Made by a program: the position numbers and the translations under genes | Notes under the pieces: model-generated | What the model was told of the DNA's origin: nothing | What the model saw: the letters and a program-made list of their open reading frames with translations, nothing else | The model's database searches: none | Assembly (NCBI GenBank): GCA_965198115.1 | Contig: OZ240241.1 | Coordinates: forward strand, 8,064,001 to 8,128,000 | Direction: 5' to 3' | DNA length: 64,000 bases | Source: Candidatus Latescibacterota bacterium | Lineage (GTDB): Bacteria > Latescibacterota > UBA2968 | In this document: one piece after another, positions 40,591 through 52,810 of the stretch | How positions within the stretch are numbered: position 1 is the first letter of the stretch | How the letters are laid out: each line of letters starts with the position of its first letter

Positions 40591-41446
40591 ATGACGGCGC
40601 TTGTTCTGAACATTGTTCTTACGGTTTTCTTCTTTCATACGATTCGGCTGGCGCAGAGCAGGGGTCGGAACATCATGGTCGTGGCTGTCGTGAATTACGC
40701 GGTCGCCTCACCTGTCTGCTTTGCCCTCAGCTATCAAAGCGGCGTGACGAGTGTTTCTGCCACCGACGCTGTTCTGGGGAACGGTGCAGGGTGTCTGCTT
40801 CATCGGGACCTACTACCTGCTCTGTGGGTCCATGACGGTGAGTGGCATGGCGATCACGACGGCCATTCTGCGTCTGGCGGTGGTGATTCCGGTCGCGGCT
40901 TCGATCGTGGTGTGGGGTGAGTTTCCGACACCCTATCAGATTGTGGGTATTGTCACCTGTCTGGGAGCCCTGCCCCTGATCGGGTTGCGCACAAAGGCCA
41001 AGGCGGGGGAGGCCAGCCAACCGATCACCCTCTCTTCCCTCGTGCTGATCGCCCTGCTTTTCGTGGGGATGGGCATTGCGAACCTGGCGACGAAGGCTTT
41101 CGTGGAATCTGGCGTGCCCGACGCGCGAACGACGTTCGTGGGCACTCTGTTCGGCGTTGCAGGACTGTTGGGGGCGCTCGTCTTTCTGCTGCCTGCGTGG
41201 CGCCAGGATCTGAGCGGTGTGATGGATGGCGTGCGTCTGGGTCTGGTCAACGTAGCGAGTATCACGACGGGCGTGATGGCGCTGGAGCAGGTGCCGGGCA
41301 TCATCGCTTTTCCCGTGCAGGCCGCCGGCGGGATGACGCTTAATGCGCTGTTCGCTGCGTGGGTTTGGGGGGAGCGTTTTGCGGGGAAGACGATTCTGGG
41401 GATGGCACTGGCAGCGCTGGGGCTCGTGTTGATCAACCTCGCTTAG
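40591..41446 (+). pseudogene. EamA/DMT-family transporter, one frameshift
   Basis: Two overlapping hydrophobic ORFs joined near 40760 (TCTGCCACCG); WGE motifs end both halves. Confidence 0.75.
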
Positions 41447-41454
41447 GAGGCTTC

Positions 41455-42180
41455 ATCCCTGACTGGCTTTACTCGATGGTGGCTGCCTGGTTCGTGGGGA
41501 TGATGCGCGCCGGTTTCGGAGGTGGCGTGGGGGTGGTGGCCGCACCGTTGCTCGCGATGACGATGCCGGCGAAGGAGACGTTAGGGGTCATCATGCCTCT
41601 CGTCTTCGTGACGGACGCGATTTCGGTTCGGTACTACTGGGGGTATTGGGCAACCTCGACTGCACTGGCGATCGTCCCGGGATGTGTCGTGGGTGTGGCT
41701 GCGGGGTGGTTCCTGCTGGATGCGATCCCGGAGGACGTGTTTCGCCGCCTGCTTGGCGGACTGGCGTGTGTGTTCGCGCTTCTTCAACCCGTACGACATC
41801 GTTTGGGAGCGATGCTTTCGTCACCCGGGCGCATCGCCGGTTCGATGGTCGGTGTTGCGACGGGTCTTGCGTCGACCCTGCTGCACTCCGGGGGCGTCGT
41901 ATTGATGGTTTATCTGATCCCGCAGAATTTGCCGGGACGTCGCTTCGTGGCGACGGCCTTCCTCGTTGGCGTCGCGATCAATCTGTTCAAGTTGGTTCCT
42001 TACCTGGATCTCGAGTTGATCAACCGGTCGACGCTGATGCTGGACGTGAAAATGTTGCCGGCTCTGGGATTGGGGGCGCTTGCGGGGATCCTGTTGAATC
42101 AGAGGATGTCTCACGATTGGTTCAATCGAGTGGTTCTTGTGATTGTCCTGATCGTTGGGTTGAGGTTGGTTCTGGCGTAA
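41455..42180 (+). CDS. TauE/SafE-family sulfite exporter (start uncertain)
   Basis: GMMRAGFGGGVG, STLLHSGG, NLFKLVPY; hydrophobic throughout. Confidence 0.8.
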   Translation: MPDWLYSMVAAWFVGMMRAGFGGGVGVVAAPLLAMTMPAKETLGVIMPLVFVTDAISVRYYWGYWATSTALAIVPGCVVGVAAGWFLLDAIPEDVFRRLLGGLACVFALLQPVRHRLGAMLSSPGRIAGSMVGVATGLASTLLHSGGVVLMVYLIPQNLPGRRFVATAFLVGVAINLFKLVPYLDLELINRSTLMLDVKMLPALGLGALAGILLNQRMSHDWFNRVVLVIVLIVGLRLVLA

Positions 42181-42459
42181 ACCAGTTGTCAGTCGTCAGG
42201 AAGGATGGGAATGGTTTGGCGTGATGAGGCTTGATAACCATTCGCTGATGCCCGGGGCGAGGTCACCAAGAGCTTTGGAACCACCCCTCGACTCCGCTCG
42301 GGACCGGCTCCTGAACACAGATGGACACGAATGGGAGGTACGTTTGCGATCGTGGCCCTATTCGGGGAGGGACCTGGTTGGCGCTCGGAGGATTGACTAC
42401 GCAAGGTCGATGACAATGAGCATAAGCCAACGTCCTGAGAGGATTGGGAGACAGACGCT

Positions 42460-43041
42460 TTGAGTGTGGAGCCACAGGAGAGGACCGGCCAAGCGTTCGG
42501 GGTTGGGCGGAGTCCGTTCTGGACGGTTTCGAACGTGGTGAGTCTGTTGCGGGTCGTTCTGACGGTTCCGACGATCTACTACATTCTCGCCGGTCCCGAT
42601 TATCGATGGCACGTGTTCGGTTTCGTGATGCTGATGGTGATTTCGGATATTGCGGATGGGATGCTGGCTCGGGCTCGTCAGGAGATTACCGAGTGGGGCA
42701 AGATCATCGATCCGATGGCGGACAAGATCTCCATCGACATTATCTCGGTGGTGTTGTGGTACGAGCGCGGGCTTCCGCTGTGGGTGGTGTTGGCGGTGGT
42801 AGGCCGGGACCTATTGATCGTCGTGGGGGGCGTGCTGTTGGCGACACGCGTACGTGTTGTCCCATCGGCCAACGCGTGGGGGAAGGCTACAACGTGCGTG
42901 ATGGCGGCCCTGCTACTCTGCTACGGTATCGATTTCGATCCTCCGAAGGCGTATCTGCTTCCGGTTGCCGGTTTTCTGATCGTGGCTTCGTTCGTGAGTT
43001 ACGCCTACCGGCTCAGGGTCCTGAACCGGCACTCGGCGTGA
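42460..43041 (+). CDS. CDP-alcohol phosphatidyltransferase (PgsA-like)
   Basis: SNVVSLLR, SDIADGMLAR...WGKIIDPMADK signature. Confidence 0.9.
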   Translation: MSVEPQERTGQAFGVGRSPFWTVSNVVSLLRVVLTVPTIYYILAGPDYRWHVFGFVMLMVISDIADGMLARARQEITEWGKIIDPMADKISIDIISVVLWYERGLPLWVVLAVVGRDLLIVVGGVLLATRVRVVPSANAWGKATTCVMAALLLCYGIDFDPPKAYLLPVAGFLIVASFVSYAYRLRVLNRHSA

Positions 43042-43751
43042 GCGATTCGGCAGCGATCGAGCTTGCGACGCGAATCAGTGTCGTGATTCCGGTGTTGAAC
43101 GAGGTCGACGCCATCGGCTCGTGTCTTCGCCAGTTCGAGTTCGTGGATGACGATGTGGAGGTGTTGGTCGTCGATGGAGGCAGTGAGGATGATACGCGGG
43201 CGGCGGCGCTGGCGACGGGGAGTGCCCATTGGGTCGAGAGCGAACGAGGACGAGCGCGTCAGATGAACGCCGGAGCTGCGGCGTCCACAGGTGAGGTTCT
43301 TCTTTTTCTCCACGCAGACAGCATCTTACCCCGTGGGTGGGCGGAGGACGTGCGGCGTGCCTTCGATGATGATCGGGTGGTGGGCGGGCGTTTCCGGCTT
43401 GGTCTGTCGGAGGGTGGGCAGTTGTTTCGTCTAATTGCGTGGATGAGTACGTTGAGATCTCGCTACCTGGGCATTACGTATGGCGATCAGGGCATTTTCG
43501 TTCGGCGTTCCGTTTTCGATCGATTGGGCGGGTTTCCCGATCGAGAGATTTTCGAAGATTCCGAGTTTTGTCAAAGCCTCGCCCGCACCGGGTGCTTTGT
43601 GATGGTCGAGGCCTCGGTGACCGCGTCCACCCGTCGGTGGCGGAAGTGGGGGATCTCGAGGACCGTTCTGTGGATGTGGTGGCTTCGATTTCTCTACACG
43701 GTATCCGTGCCCGATGAACGACTGAGTCGCATGTATAAGGATGTGAGGTAG
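43038..43751 (+). CDS. GT2 glycosyltransferase, TIGR04283-like
   Basis: SVVIPVLNE, VDGGSED, GRARQMNAGA, FLHAD, YGDQGIF. Confidence 0.88.
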   Translation: MSDSAAIELATRISVVIPVLNEVDAIGSCLRQFEFVDDDVEVLVVDGGSEDDTRAAALATGSAHWVESERGRARQMNAGAAASTGEVLLFLHADSILPRGWAEDVRRAFDDDRVVGGRFRLGLSEGGQLFRLIAWMSTLRSRYLGITYGDQGIFVRRSVFDRLGGFPDREIFEDSEFCQSLARTGCFVMVEASVTASTRRWRKWGISRTVLWMWWLRFLYTVSVPDERLSRMYKDVR

Positions 43752-43752
43752 G

Positions 43753-44652
43753 ATGGAGTATCGAACCTTCGGCAGAACCGGGTGGCGTGTGAGCGAGATC
43801 GGTCTGGGAGGATCGTGGTTTTATGGGCGACCCGAGATGGGACTCAAGCCCGTCTCTCACGGCGTGTCCGTCGTCGAGCGCGCTATCGAACTGGGAGTGA
43901 ACTATTTCGACACGGCTCCGCTCTACGGGGCGGGGCGTAGCGAAGAGGTCCTGGGTGAGGCCCTGCGTGGCGTCACCGAGCCCTACTACCTGGCGACGAA
44001 GGTGGGCTACTATCCAGAGCCGTTCAACTACACACGGGACGATGTCTGGCGGGGGATCGACGCGAGTCTGAAACGGCTGAAGCGCGATCACGTTCATCTT
44101 CTTCAGCTTCACGAGTCGGAGATGGCGGGATGGGACGGGATCTTCGGCGCGGGGCGTTCGCTCGAGGCGATGATGGAGGCGAAGGAACAGGGCGTCGCCG
44201 ACGAAGTGGGGCTGACGGGTTCCGACCTGGACCTGATGTCGCGGGTGCTGGAGGAAACAGATGAATTCGTGTCGGTCATTACCTTCCTTAAATACGATTT
44301 GCTCACGCAGGAGGCGAAAGAGCGTTTGATTCCGACGGCGGTCGACAACGATGTGGCCGTGATCCTCGCGTCTCCACTGCACGGCGGGCTGCTCGGGTCG
44401 ACGCGCGACCGATGGTTCGAGCAAGGCCGGTTCAGCGACCTCTACCCGAAGCTGGAGGCGATCGAGTCGCTGCTTTCGGATGAGGAGGAACCGATGGAGC
44501 GTGTCGGATTGCGATACCTGTTGTCCGACCCGGATGTGAACCTCGTTCTGAGCGGCGTACAGGACATCGGCGAGCTCGAGGCTTCTTGTTCGGTTTCTGA
44601 CGGGCAGTTCCTGCCCGAAGGGCTGGTCGAGGCGATCGAGGGGGTGTCGTGA
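43753..44652 (+). CDS. Aldo/keto reductase
   Basis: GRTGWRVSEIGLG, FDTAPLYG, ATKVG, SLKRL. Confidence 0.9.
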   Translation: MEYRTFGRTGWRVSEIGLGGSWFYGRPEMGLKPVSHGVSVVERAIELGVNYFDTAPLYGAGRSEEVLGEALRGVTEPYYLATKVGYYPEPFNYTRDDVWRGIDASLKRLKRDHVHLLQLHESEMAGWDGIFGAGRSLEAMMEAKEQGVADEVGLTGSDLDLMSRVLEETDEFVSVITFLKYDLLTQEAKERLIPTAVDNDVAVILASPLHGGLLGSTRDRWFEQGRFSDLYPKLEAIESLLSDEEEPMERVGLRYLLSDPDVNLVLSGVQDIGELEASCSVSDGQFLPEGLVEAIEGVS

Positions 44653-45659
44653 TGGATGCGGTGCGGATCGGAATGGTCGGACTCGGTCACATTTCCACGC
44701 GAGCGCATCTGCCGCCCTTGAAGGAGATGGCCGATCGCGGCGAGTTGGTTTTACAGGCTTTCTGTGACGTGAACGAGGAGACCGTGCGCGAGCAGGGGAA
44801 CGCATTCGGTGTGGAAAGGGTCTACACCGATCACCACGCGATGTTCGAAGCAGAAGAATTGGACGCGGTGTATCTGTGTATTCCGCCGACTTTGCACGAT
44901 GACGTGGAGACGATTTGCGCGACGCGTGGCATTGCGATCTTCGTGGAGAAACCGCAGACGCTGGATATGGCTCAGGCGCGCCGGTTCAGCGATGCGATCG
45001 GAGGCAGCGGTATCGTTTCTCAAGTCGGGTTCATGAGCCGTTACTATCCGTCGGCGGAGGCGATGAAGGCACGACTTGCCGAGCGGACGGCGCGTCACGC
45101 TCAACTCCAGCGATTCTACAGTGGCAAGCCGATCCGATTATGGACGAGTCGCTACGATCTTTGCGGTGGGTCTTTCGTGGAGAACACGATCCACTACGTC
45201 GACCTGCTGCGTTACTTTTTGGGGGACATCGAGTCGGTGTCGGCCTTCTACGTCGATCGGAAGCCGGGCGAGGGCATTCCACCGATGGACATGCCGCACG
45301 TTTACAACGTGAACTATCGATTCAAGAGTGGGGCGACGGCCAACGCCACGACGAGCCGGGTGTTGACGAATGTGGATGCCTCGCGGAGTGAGTTCCTCGT
45401 CGTCTCGGACGATTCGATGATGATCTGGTCGGCGGATGGCGTGACGGAGAACGGGGAGGCCGTCGAGGGCATCGAGAAGGCCAATGCCTTCGGGCTTCAG
45501 GCCGAGGCGTTCGTGGCGGCGGTGCGAGCGGGGGAGCCCTCTATGACGCGGAGCGCGTATCCGGATGCACTGAACAGCCTGTCAGCCGTCTTGGGCGCCA
45601 ATGTGTCGGCCGAACGGGGCGGCGAGCTGGTTGCGCTGTCGGATCTGGAGGTGGGATGA
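44649..45659 (+). CDS. Gfo/Idh/MocA oxidoreductase
   Basis: IGMVGLGHI, FVEKP, ENTIHYVD. Confidence 0.88.
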   Translation: MMDAVRIGMVGLGHISTRAHLPPLKEMADRGELVLQAFCDVNEETVREQGNAFGVERVYTDHHAMFEAEELDAVYLCIPPTLHDDVETICATRGIAIFVEKPQTLDMAQARRFSDAIGGSGIVSQVGFMSRYYPSAEAMKARLAERTARHAQLQRFYSGKPIRLWTSRYDLCGGSFVENTIHYVDLLRYFLGDIESVSAFYVDRKPGEGIPPMDMPHVYNVNYRFKSGATANATTSRVLTNVDASRSEFLVVSDDSMMIWSADGVTENGEAVEGIEKANAFGLQAEAFVAAVRAGEPSMTRSAYPDALNSLSAVLGANVSAERGGELVALSDLEVG

Positions 45660-45955
45660 CGGTCGACGAACTGATCGCCCGGTTTCCGGAGATTCCGGCG
45701 GATCTACACGACGAAGCCACGCTCACCCGGCTCGCCGATCGCTTCGGCGATTGGCTGGCCACGGCGACGAAACCGAGTGCCTGCGCCGAGGACCACACAC
45801 CGGAACATCGCGCGTATCTGAAGTTGATCGGACCGATGGACATTTACCGGTATGGATTATCGTCGCGGGAAAAGGTCCTCGACCAGATCGAGGCGTTGCT
45901 GGCCGCTTATGCGTCCGATCCTTCGGCGTTTCGAGCAGAGCTGGAGGCTGGCTGA
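45656..45955 (+). CDS. Hypothetical protein
   Basis: 99-aa ORF translationally coupled (ATGA) to the upstream gene, ending 3 bp before the amidase start. Confidence 0.65.
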   Translation: MTVDELIARFPEIPADLHDEATLTRLADRFGDWLATATKPSACAEDHTPEHRAYLKLIGPMDIYRYGLSSREKVLDQIEALLAAYASDPSAFRAELEAG

Positions 45956-45958
45956 GCC

Positions 45959-47344
45959 GTGGATCTTCGGGACCTGACCGTTTCCGACCTGGGTCGTGCC
46001 TATCGCAGCGGAGAGCTGTCGCCCGTGGAGGTGACAGACGCCCACCTGGACCGAATCGAGGCGCTGAATCCGGAAACACACGACTACATCACCGTCACGA
46101 GCGACCGGGCGCGGTCGGATGCGCGTGAAGCGGAAGCCGCCTTCAAGGTGGGTCGGGATGTGGGACCGCTCCAGGGCATTCCGATCGCTCTCAAAGACCT
46201 GGTGGACACGGCGGGGATCGTGACGACGAATGGCACGCGTGTGTGGGCGGATCGTGTTCCGGACCGCGACGGCACGGTCGCGCGGCGATTGGCGAAGGCG
46301 GGAACGATTCTGCTCGGCAAAGCCAACCTTGTCGAATTCGCCTTTGGGCCGTACGGGCTGAACGTTCACTATGGGACGCCCCCGAATCCGTGGAACCCCG
46401 AATGCGTTCCCGGTGGGTCGAGCAGTGGGTCCGGGGGTGCCGTGGGACGTGGGCTGGCGGTTGCAGCGATCGGGACGGATACGGGGGGATCGATTCGTCT
46501 TCCCGCGGCGTTCTGCGGAATCGTGGGACTGAAGCCGACGGTGCAGTCGGTGAGTCGAGCCGGAGTCATGCCGCTGTGCTGGACGCTGGACAGCATCGGG
46601 CCGCTGACACGAACGGTCGAGGACGCGGCTCACGTGTTCGATGCCATTGCCGGACCGGATGAGGACGATCCGATTACGATCGGTACGCCGGTCGCGCGCA
46701 CGGCAGACGCACTGAGTCAAGACGTGCGCGGGTTGCGACTCGGTTTTGTCGATGGCGTCTTTACGGATGGGGCCGAGCCAGAAGTCGTGTCATCGGTCGA
46801 TGAGGCGGCCAGGGTATTCGAATCCCTGGGCACCTACGTTGACCCGTTTGACTTTCCCGAGGCTCGTGAAGAACTCGAGGCCGAGTTGGAGGGGCGTGGT
46901 TCCATTACGCTCATGTGTGTGGAGGGCTACACCTGTCATCGGGAGACCCTCTCTGGGGATGGCGTGTTCGAGCCACGCATCAAGGAGCGAATCGAGTCGG
47001 GCGGGAAGTACAGCGGTGTGGATTACGCGGAGGCCCTTTTGGCGCACGAGAGGCTGAAGCGTGATGCCGTTGCGCGGTTGCGCGACGTCGATGCGTTGCT
47101 GGCTCCGACGAGCCTGTATCCGGCCCCTCGAATCGAGGACGTCGACAAGGCGCCAGCGAGGCTGACGACTCGGCTCGTCAACTACCTGGGGCTCTGCGCG
47201 GTGTCCGTGCCGTGCGGCTTTTCGGAGAGTGGTTTGCCGATCGGTTTACAGATCATCGGGAGGCCTTTTAATGAAGCGCGTATCCTGAAGCTCGCTCACG
47301 CATACGAAAAGGCGACGTCCTGGCATCGACGTCGCCAGGAGTAG
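45959..47344 (+). CDS. Amidase-signature family protein
   Basis: LKD, GGSSSGSG, GTDTGGSIRLPAAFCG. Confidence 0.9.
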   Translation: MDLRDLTVSDLGRAYRSGELSPVEVTDAHLDRIEALNPETHDYITVTSDRARSDAREAEAAFKVGRDVGPLQGIPIALKDLVDTAGIVTTNGTRVWADRVPDRDGTVARRLAKAGTILLGKANLVEFAFGPYGLNVHYGTPPNPWNPECVPGGSSSGSGGAVGRGLAVAAIGTDTGGSIRLPAAFCGIVGLKPTVQSVSRAGVMPLCWTLDSIGPLTRTVEDAAHVFDAIAGPDEDDPITIGTPVARTADALSQDVRGLRLGFVDGVFTDGAEPEVVSSVDEAARVFESLGTYVDPFDFPEAREELEAELEGRGSITLMCVEGYTCHRETLSGDGVFEPRIKERIESGGKYSGVDYAEALLAHERLKRDAVARLRDVDALLAPTSLYPAPRIEDVDKAPARLTTRLVNYLGLCAVSVPCGFSESGLPIGLQIIGRPFNEARILKLAHAYEKATSWHRRRQE

Positions 47345-47349
47345 GGGGC

Positions 47350-48401
47350 ATGCCAAAAGTTCTACTCGCAACAGCACACGAACCGGTTCGCGAACGGTTT
47401 ACGAAGCGTTGTCGCTGGACGGGCACTCTTTCGATATGTGCAGGAATGGCACCGAGGTCGAAGCGGCACTGAAACGGGATCTGCCTGACATCGTGATCGC
47501 CGATGTCGATCTACCGGGGCTGGATGCTTTCGAACTGGTCGGGATATTGACAGCGACAGCGGCAGGAAGAGCGATACCGCCCGTCGTTATGCGGTCAAAC
47601 GAGACCACGTCCGATGGTGAAGATGGTCACTTCGTTTTTATGGGCGGTTCCGATCAGCCCGAAGACCTGCGAGCGCTCGTGCGAGCGCGTCTGGCTGCGG
47701 CCGACGCCGGGCCCAAGCACGGCCGTGTCCTCGTCGCCGACGACGACTGGAGTCTGAGGAAGAGTCTGCAGACCCGGTTGCAATCCGAAGGCTACGAGGT
47801 CCTGACGGCGATGGACGGCCTGGAAGCGTTCGATCGATTGTCGGAACAACCCGATCTGGTCCTGACGGATGTGGACATGCCAGGACTGGATGGGTTGGGG
47901 CTGGTTCAACGGATGCGCTCCACACCCACATTACGGGAGATCCCCGCGATTATCATGACCGCCCACGCGACGGGAGCGGAGGAGGCCGCGGAGGGTCTCA
48001 AGCTGGGCGCGAACGACTACGTACGGAAGCCGTTCGACTGGCTCGAGCTCTCGGCGAGGGTGCAGACGCAGCTGAGGATTCGCGAGGTGTCCCGATTGAC
48101 GGCCGAGAAGCAGCGCGATCTGGCCATTATCGAACTCGCCGGGGCCGCGGCACACGAGATCAACAATCCGCTGGCGGTGATCATGGCGCGGTTGGAGTTG
48201 ATGCTTTCGGATCTGGACGAGTCGGACACCAACTATGAGAGTCTTGAGCAGGTGGACCATCTGGTGCACCGCATTGCGAACGTCGTGCAGAAGATGAGTC
48301 AGGTGCGCCGCTACCAGGTGCAGAACTACTGCGGGGGTGTCAACATCCTGGACTTGGACGCTTCTGCGGAAGATGAATCCGAAGGCGGCGATTCATCCTG
48401 A
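47350..48401 (+). pseudogene. REC-REC-HisKA signalling protein, frameshift near 47400
   Basis: MPKVLLA start is out of frame with ALSLDG... by one base (CGGTTTACG); two receiver domains, then AHEINNPL with no HATPase domain. Confidence 0.7.
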
Positions 48402-48655
48402 AAGAGGTCGTCAGCATCAATGCGGGTCGGCCGGCCCCGTTGAGCTTCAATGGCGACTGCATCACGACCGGTATTTTCAAGAATCCCGTGAAGAACGTCT
48501 ACCTCACGACAACCGGGTTCCGTGGCGACATTCAAGTCGATCGTGAGAATCACGGTGGCGTTGACAAAGCCGTGTACAGAAAGACGCAGAGTGAGTCTGC
48601 GGTTTCGGATCTGATCGAGGCCCCGGCGCTGTCGGAGGCCTGCGCTCTGTGTTGA
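48398..48655 (+). pseudogene. MOSC (YiiM-like) remnant with internal deletion
   Basis: VVSINAGRP...TGIFKNPV...GD.QVDRENHGGVDKAVY jumps directly to a C-terminal-like LIEAPALSEA. Confidence 0.7.
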
Positions 48656-48692
48656 GTGGACGCGTTCAAAAATCACTTATGGAGTCGAAAGC

Positions 48693-50104
<1,412 letters not shown>

Positions 50105-50216
50105 GCCTTTCGGCCCGATTGAGTGTTCAGAGTCCAGTGTTCAGGCAGACGGGTAACGACCTCGCTCAGTACCCTTCCCGCGCGTTCGATGCATCCATAA
50201 CCTGAGACGGAGTCCC

Positions 50217-51392
50217 GTGGAAATCTGTGATGTGAACGTGCACCGCGTGGCCGTCGCCCGTATCTACACGACGAAGGTGGCGCCGGCGGGAGGTCACGGG
50301 GATGGAAAGGCCGGGTCGGAGTACGTCCTGCTGGAGATGATGGCGGACGATGGGGCGGTCGGTTTGGGTGAGATTTCGGATGTGGAGCCCGACTGGGGCG
50401 CGGTTGCGTGGCAGGATGTGGGTGACGCGATCGCGGACACGGTGTTAGGGCGGTCGGCCGCGAAAAGGATGGAAGCTGTCGATGCCGTGCGATCGGTGCT
50501 TCCATCCACGCTCCACAGAGAACTGCGAGTGGCGATCGAGGCGGCCGTCGAATGCGCGTTGATCGACGTCGCGGCCAGAACTTACGGCGTGCCCGCCTAC
50601 GAGCTGCTCGGTGGCTCGCACCGATCGAGGCTGGTCGTCAGCTGGGTGGCTTTCATTCGTGGGACCGAGGAATTAGAGGCTGAGATTTCATCGAAGGTGG
50701 CCGACGGCTTCACCGCGTTCAAGCTGAAAGTGGGCGAGGACCACGGTCTGGATCTCGAGCGTGTCAAGCTGACGCGGAAACTAGCGGGAACCGGGGCGCA
50801 CATTCGTCTGGATGCGAGTGGCGAGTGGGAGGAGGCCGAAGCGATCGAGGCGATCGATGACCTCGCGTCGGTCGGAGCGGATGCCGTGGAGACGCCGGTT
50901 CGTGCGGCTGCCAGAGCCATCGCCAAGAATACCCCCGAAGAGGTGTCCGAAAACGCTGAAGACGTTGCGGCTTCACTCGCTCGTGTGAAGTCGGCGGTGC
51001 CCGTACCCATCATCGAACACGTCTCGGATTTCGACGATTGCTTCGCGCTCGCCCTGGCAGCACAGCAGGCCGTGGATGTGTTCAACGTGGTTCCGTGTCA
51101 AGCCGGAGGGCCCACGCGTGCCCTGCGGCTGATCCACGTGGCAGAGGCTGCGGGTATCGATGTGCTGCTCGGAAGTACCGTCGAGCTGTCCCCTGGCACA
51201 GCCGCAGCGCTCCACGTCGGCATTGCGGGCAAGGCTGTAAGAGTTGCCTCCGACCTCGTCGGACCCGGTCTGCTGGAAGGGGACGTCTGCGTCGATCCGT
51301 TGAGCTACACGAACGGCGGTCTCGAGGTCTCCAACCCGTGTGGGTTTGGTCTGGAGCTGGACGCGGAGAAGCTCGCACGATTTGCGGTTTGA
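50217..51392 (+). CDS. Mandelate racemase / muconate lactonizing enzyme family
   Basis: GVPAYELLGG, FKLKVG, RLDAS, VETP. Confidence 0.85.
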   Translation: MEICDVNVHRVAVARIYTTKVAPAGGHGDGKAGSEYVLLEMMADDGAVGLGEISDVEPDWGAVAWQDVGDAIADTVLGRSAAKRMEAVDAVRSVLPSTLHRELRVAIEAAVECALIDVAARTYGVPAYELLGGSHRSRLVVSWVAFIRGTEELEAEISSKVADGFTAFKLKVGEDHGLDLERVKLTRKLAGTGAHIRLDASGEWEEAEAIEAIDDLASVGADAVETPVRAAARAIAKNTPEEVSENAEDVAASLARVKSAVPVPIIEHVSDFDDCFALALAAQQAVDVFNVVPCQAGGPTRALRLIHVAEAAGIDVLLGSTVELSPGTAAALHVGIAGKAVRVASDLVGPGLLEGDVCVDPLSYTNGGLEVSNPCGFGLELDAEKLARFAV

Positions 51393-51422
51393 AAACGACG
51401 TCCGATGAAAGGCAGGTGTGAT

Positions 51423-52409
51423 GTGAAAATCGGTACCCGAGTGAGTCCCGACTGGCTGGATCGGCCGGACGATTTGAAGTTCCTGAAGCAGATCGGCGTG
51501 GACTGCGTCGACATTACGCTCGACATGTGTCCCGGCTACACCGAAACAGGCGGCCGCACCAACCGCGAAGGACTGCAGATGATCGCGGATAAGCTGGACG
51601 AGGCGGGGCTGGTCGTGGAGCGGGCAAACTGTCTGAGCAGCAACATGAAGGGCATCTACCTGGGCACGGAAAACACGGACCGGGAGCTGGACCATCTGGT
51701 GAACAACGTCACGCAATGCGGTGAAGTGGGCTTTCCCGTCGTGGGCGTACAGTGTTTTTCGGCCAGTCAGTTTCCGGGGTTGCCCGAGACGGAAACGCAT
51801 TCCTTCGTGGAGGGTCGCGGTGGCTACCGTCACCTGAGGGTCGATGTGGCGAAGTCGCAGGGTCATCCAACGCCGGAGGGGGCGCCCACGGCCGACGAGA
51901 TCTGGGAACGGACACTCGCGATCTATCGCGCCGTCGTACCGGCGGCCGAGACCGTTGGTACGCGAATCGCCATGCACGGCAACGATCCACCCGTTCGGGA
52001 GTTCTACGGTGTTCCTCAAGTGCTCTATGACTTCGACTGTTTCGATCGCCTGTTCACGGAAGTGCCGTCAGACCACAGCGGGATGACGTTCTGTGTGGGG
52101 ACTCGATACGAGTCGGGTCAGGACGTGTTCGAGGGGATTCGACGATTCGGGGGCAAAATTTTTCACGTCCACTTTCGAAATGTGCAGGGACGGATTCCGG
52201 ACCAGGGGTGGTACGCGGAGGGGATTCCGGATGCGGGGGATCTGAACATGTTCGAGGTTGCGCGAGCGTTGAAGGAGGCAGGCTACACGGGTGCGCTCGA
52301 CTACGACCACATCATGCAGCTCGTAGACGATGAGGGTGGGCGGTCTTACATCGCCTACTGTGTTGGCCATACGCGGGGGATTTTGCAGGCACTAGATGCT
52401 CTGGGGTGA
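51423..52409 (+). CDS. Mannonate dehydratase (UxuA)-like protein
   Basis: VVPAAETVGTRIAMHGNDPP, MTFCVG, HVHFRNV, DH motif. Confidence 0.75.
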   Translation: MKIGTRVSPDWLDRPDDLKFLKQIGVDCVDITLDMCPGYTETGGRTNREGLQMIADKLDEAGLVVERANCLSSNMKGIYLGTENTDRELDHLVNNVTQCGEVGFPVVGVQCFSASQFPGLPETETHSFVEGRGGYRHLRVDVAKSQGHPTPEGAPTADEIWERTLAIYRAVVPAAETVGTRIAMHGNDPPVREFYGVPQVLYDFDCFDRLFTEVPSDHSGMTFCVGTRYESGQDVFEGIRRFGGKIFHVHFRNVQGRIPDQGWYAEGIPDAGDLNMFEVARALKEAGYTGALDYDHIMQLVDDEGGRSYIAYCVGHTRGILQALDALG

Positions 52410-52810
52410 GGCTGGATTCGGTCATTCGTTAGACGCCCATTCCTTTCTATTGATTCCTATTTGTGATCCACTCTTTTGTGACCAAAAGAGTGGCAGAAAA
52501 GTCCCGCTCAGGCGCCGCGGAGGCTGGTGGCCTCGGCCGGCAGTTTGTTCTTTAGCAGGGCCGAACATCCAGTAGCCGACGTGCTCTGCCCTGCCTCCCT
52601 TGCCGTCCGCCGGCATCCGGTCCCTTCACAGAAGAGACGCCTGCAGCTGTTGAGCTTGCGGACTAGTCACCGCGGGAGTTGGTAGGTACAGCGGGGCCGC
52701 CTGTCGCCTTTCCCTCGGCGTCATTTCGTGGCTGACAACACGTGCCTGAGGGCCACACAGACGAGCAGCGGAAACAGCATACGGCAGACCGATGATCGAA
52801 AGGATGCGTT

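Noticed and set aside
42444-43037. N-terminal half of the 435-aa ORF as a fusion to GT2
   Set aside because: Alternative frame over the PgsA-like gene; the GT2 starts at GTG 43038, overlapping the stop.
45959-47344. gatA
   Set aside because: No gatB/gatC neighbours and a catabolic context; left as a generic amidase.
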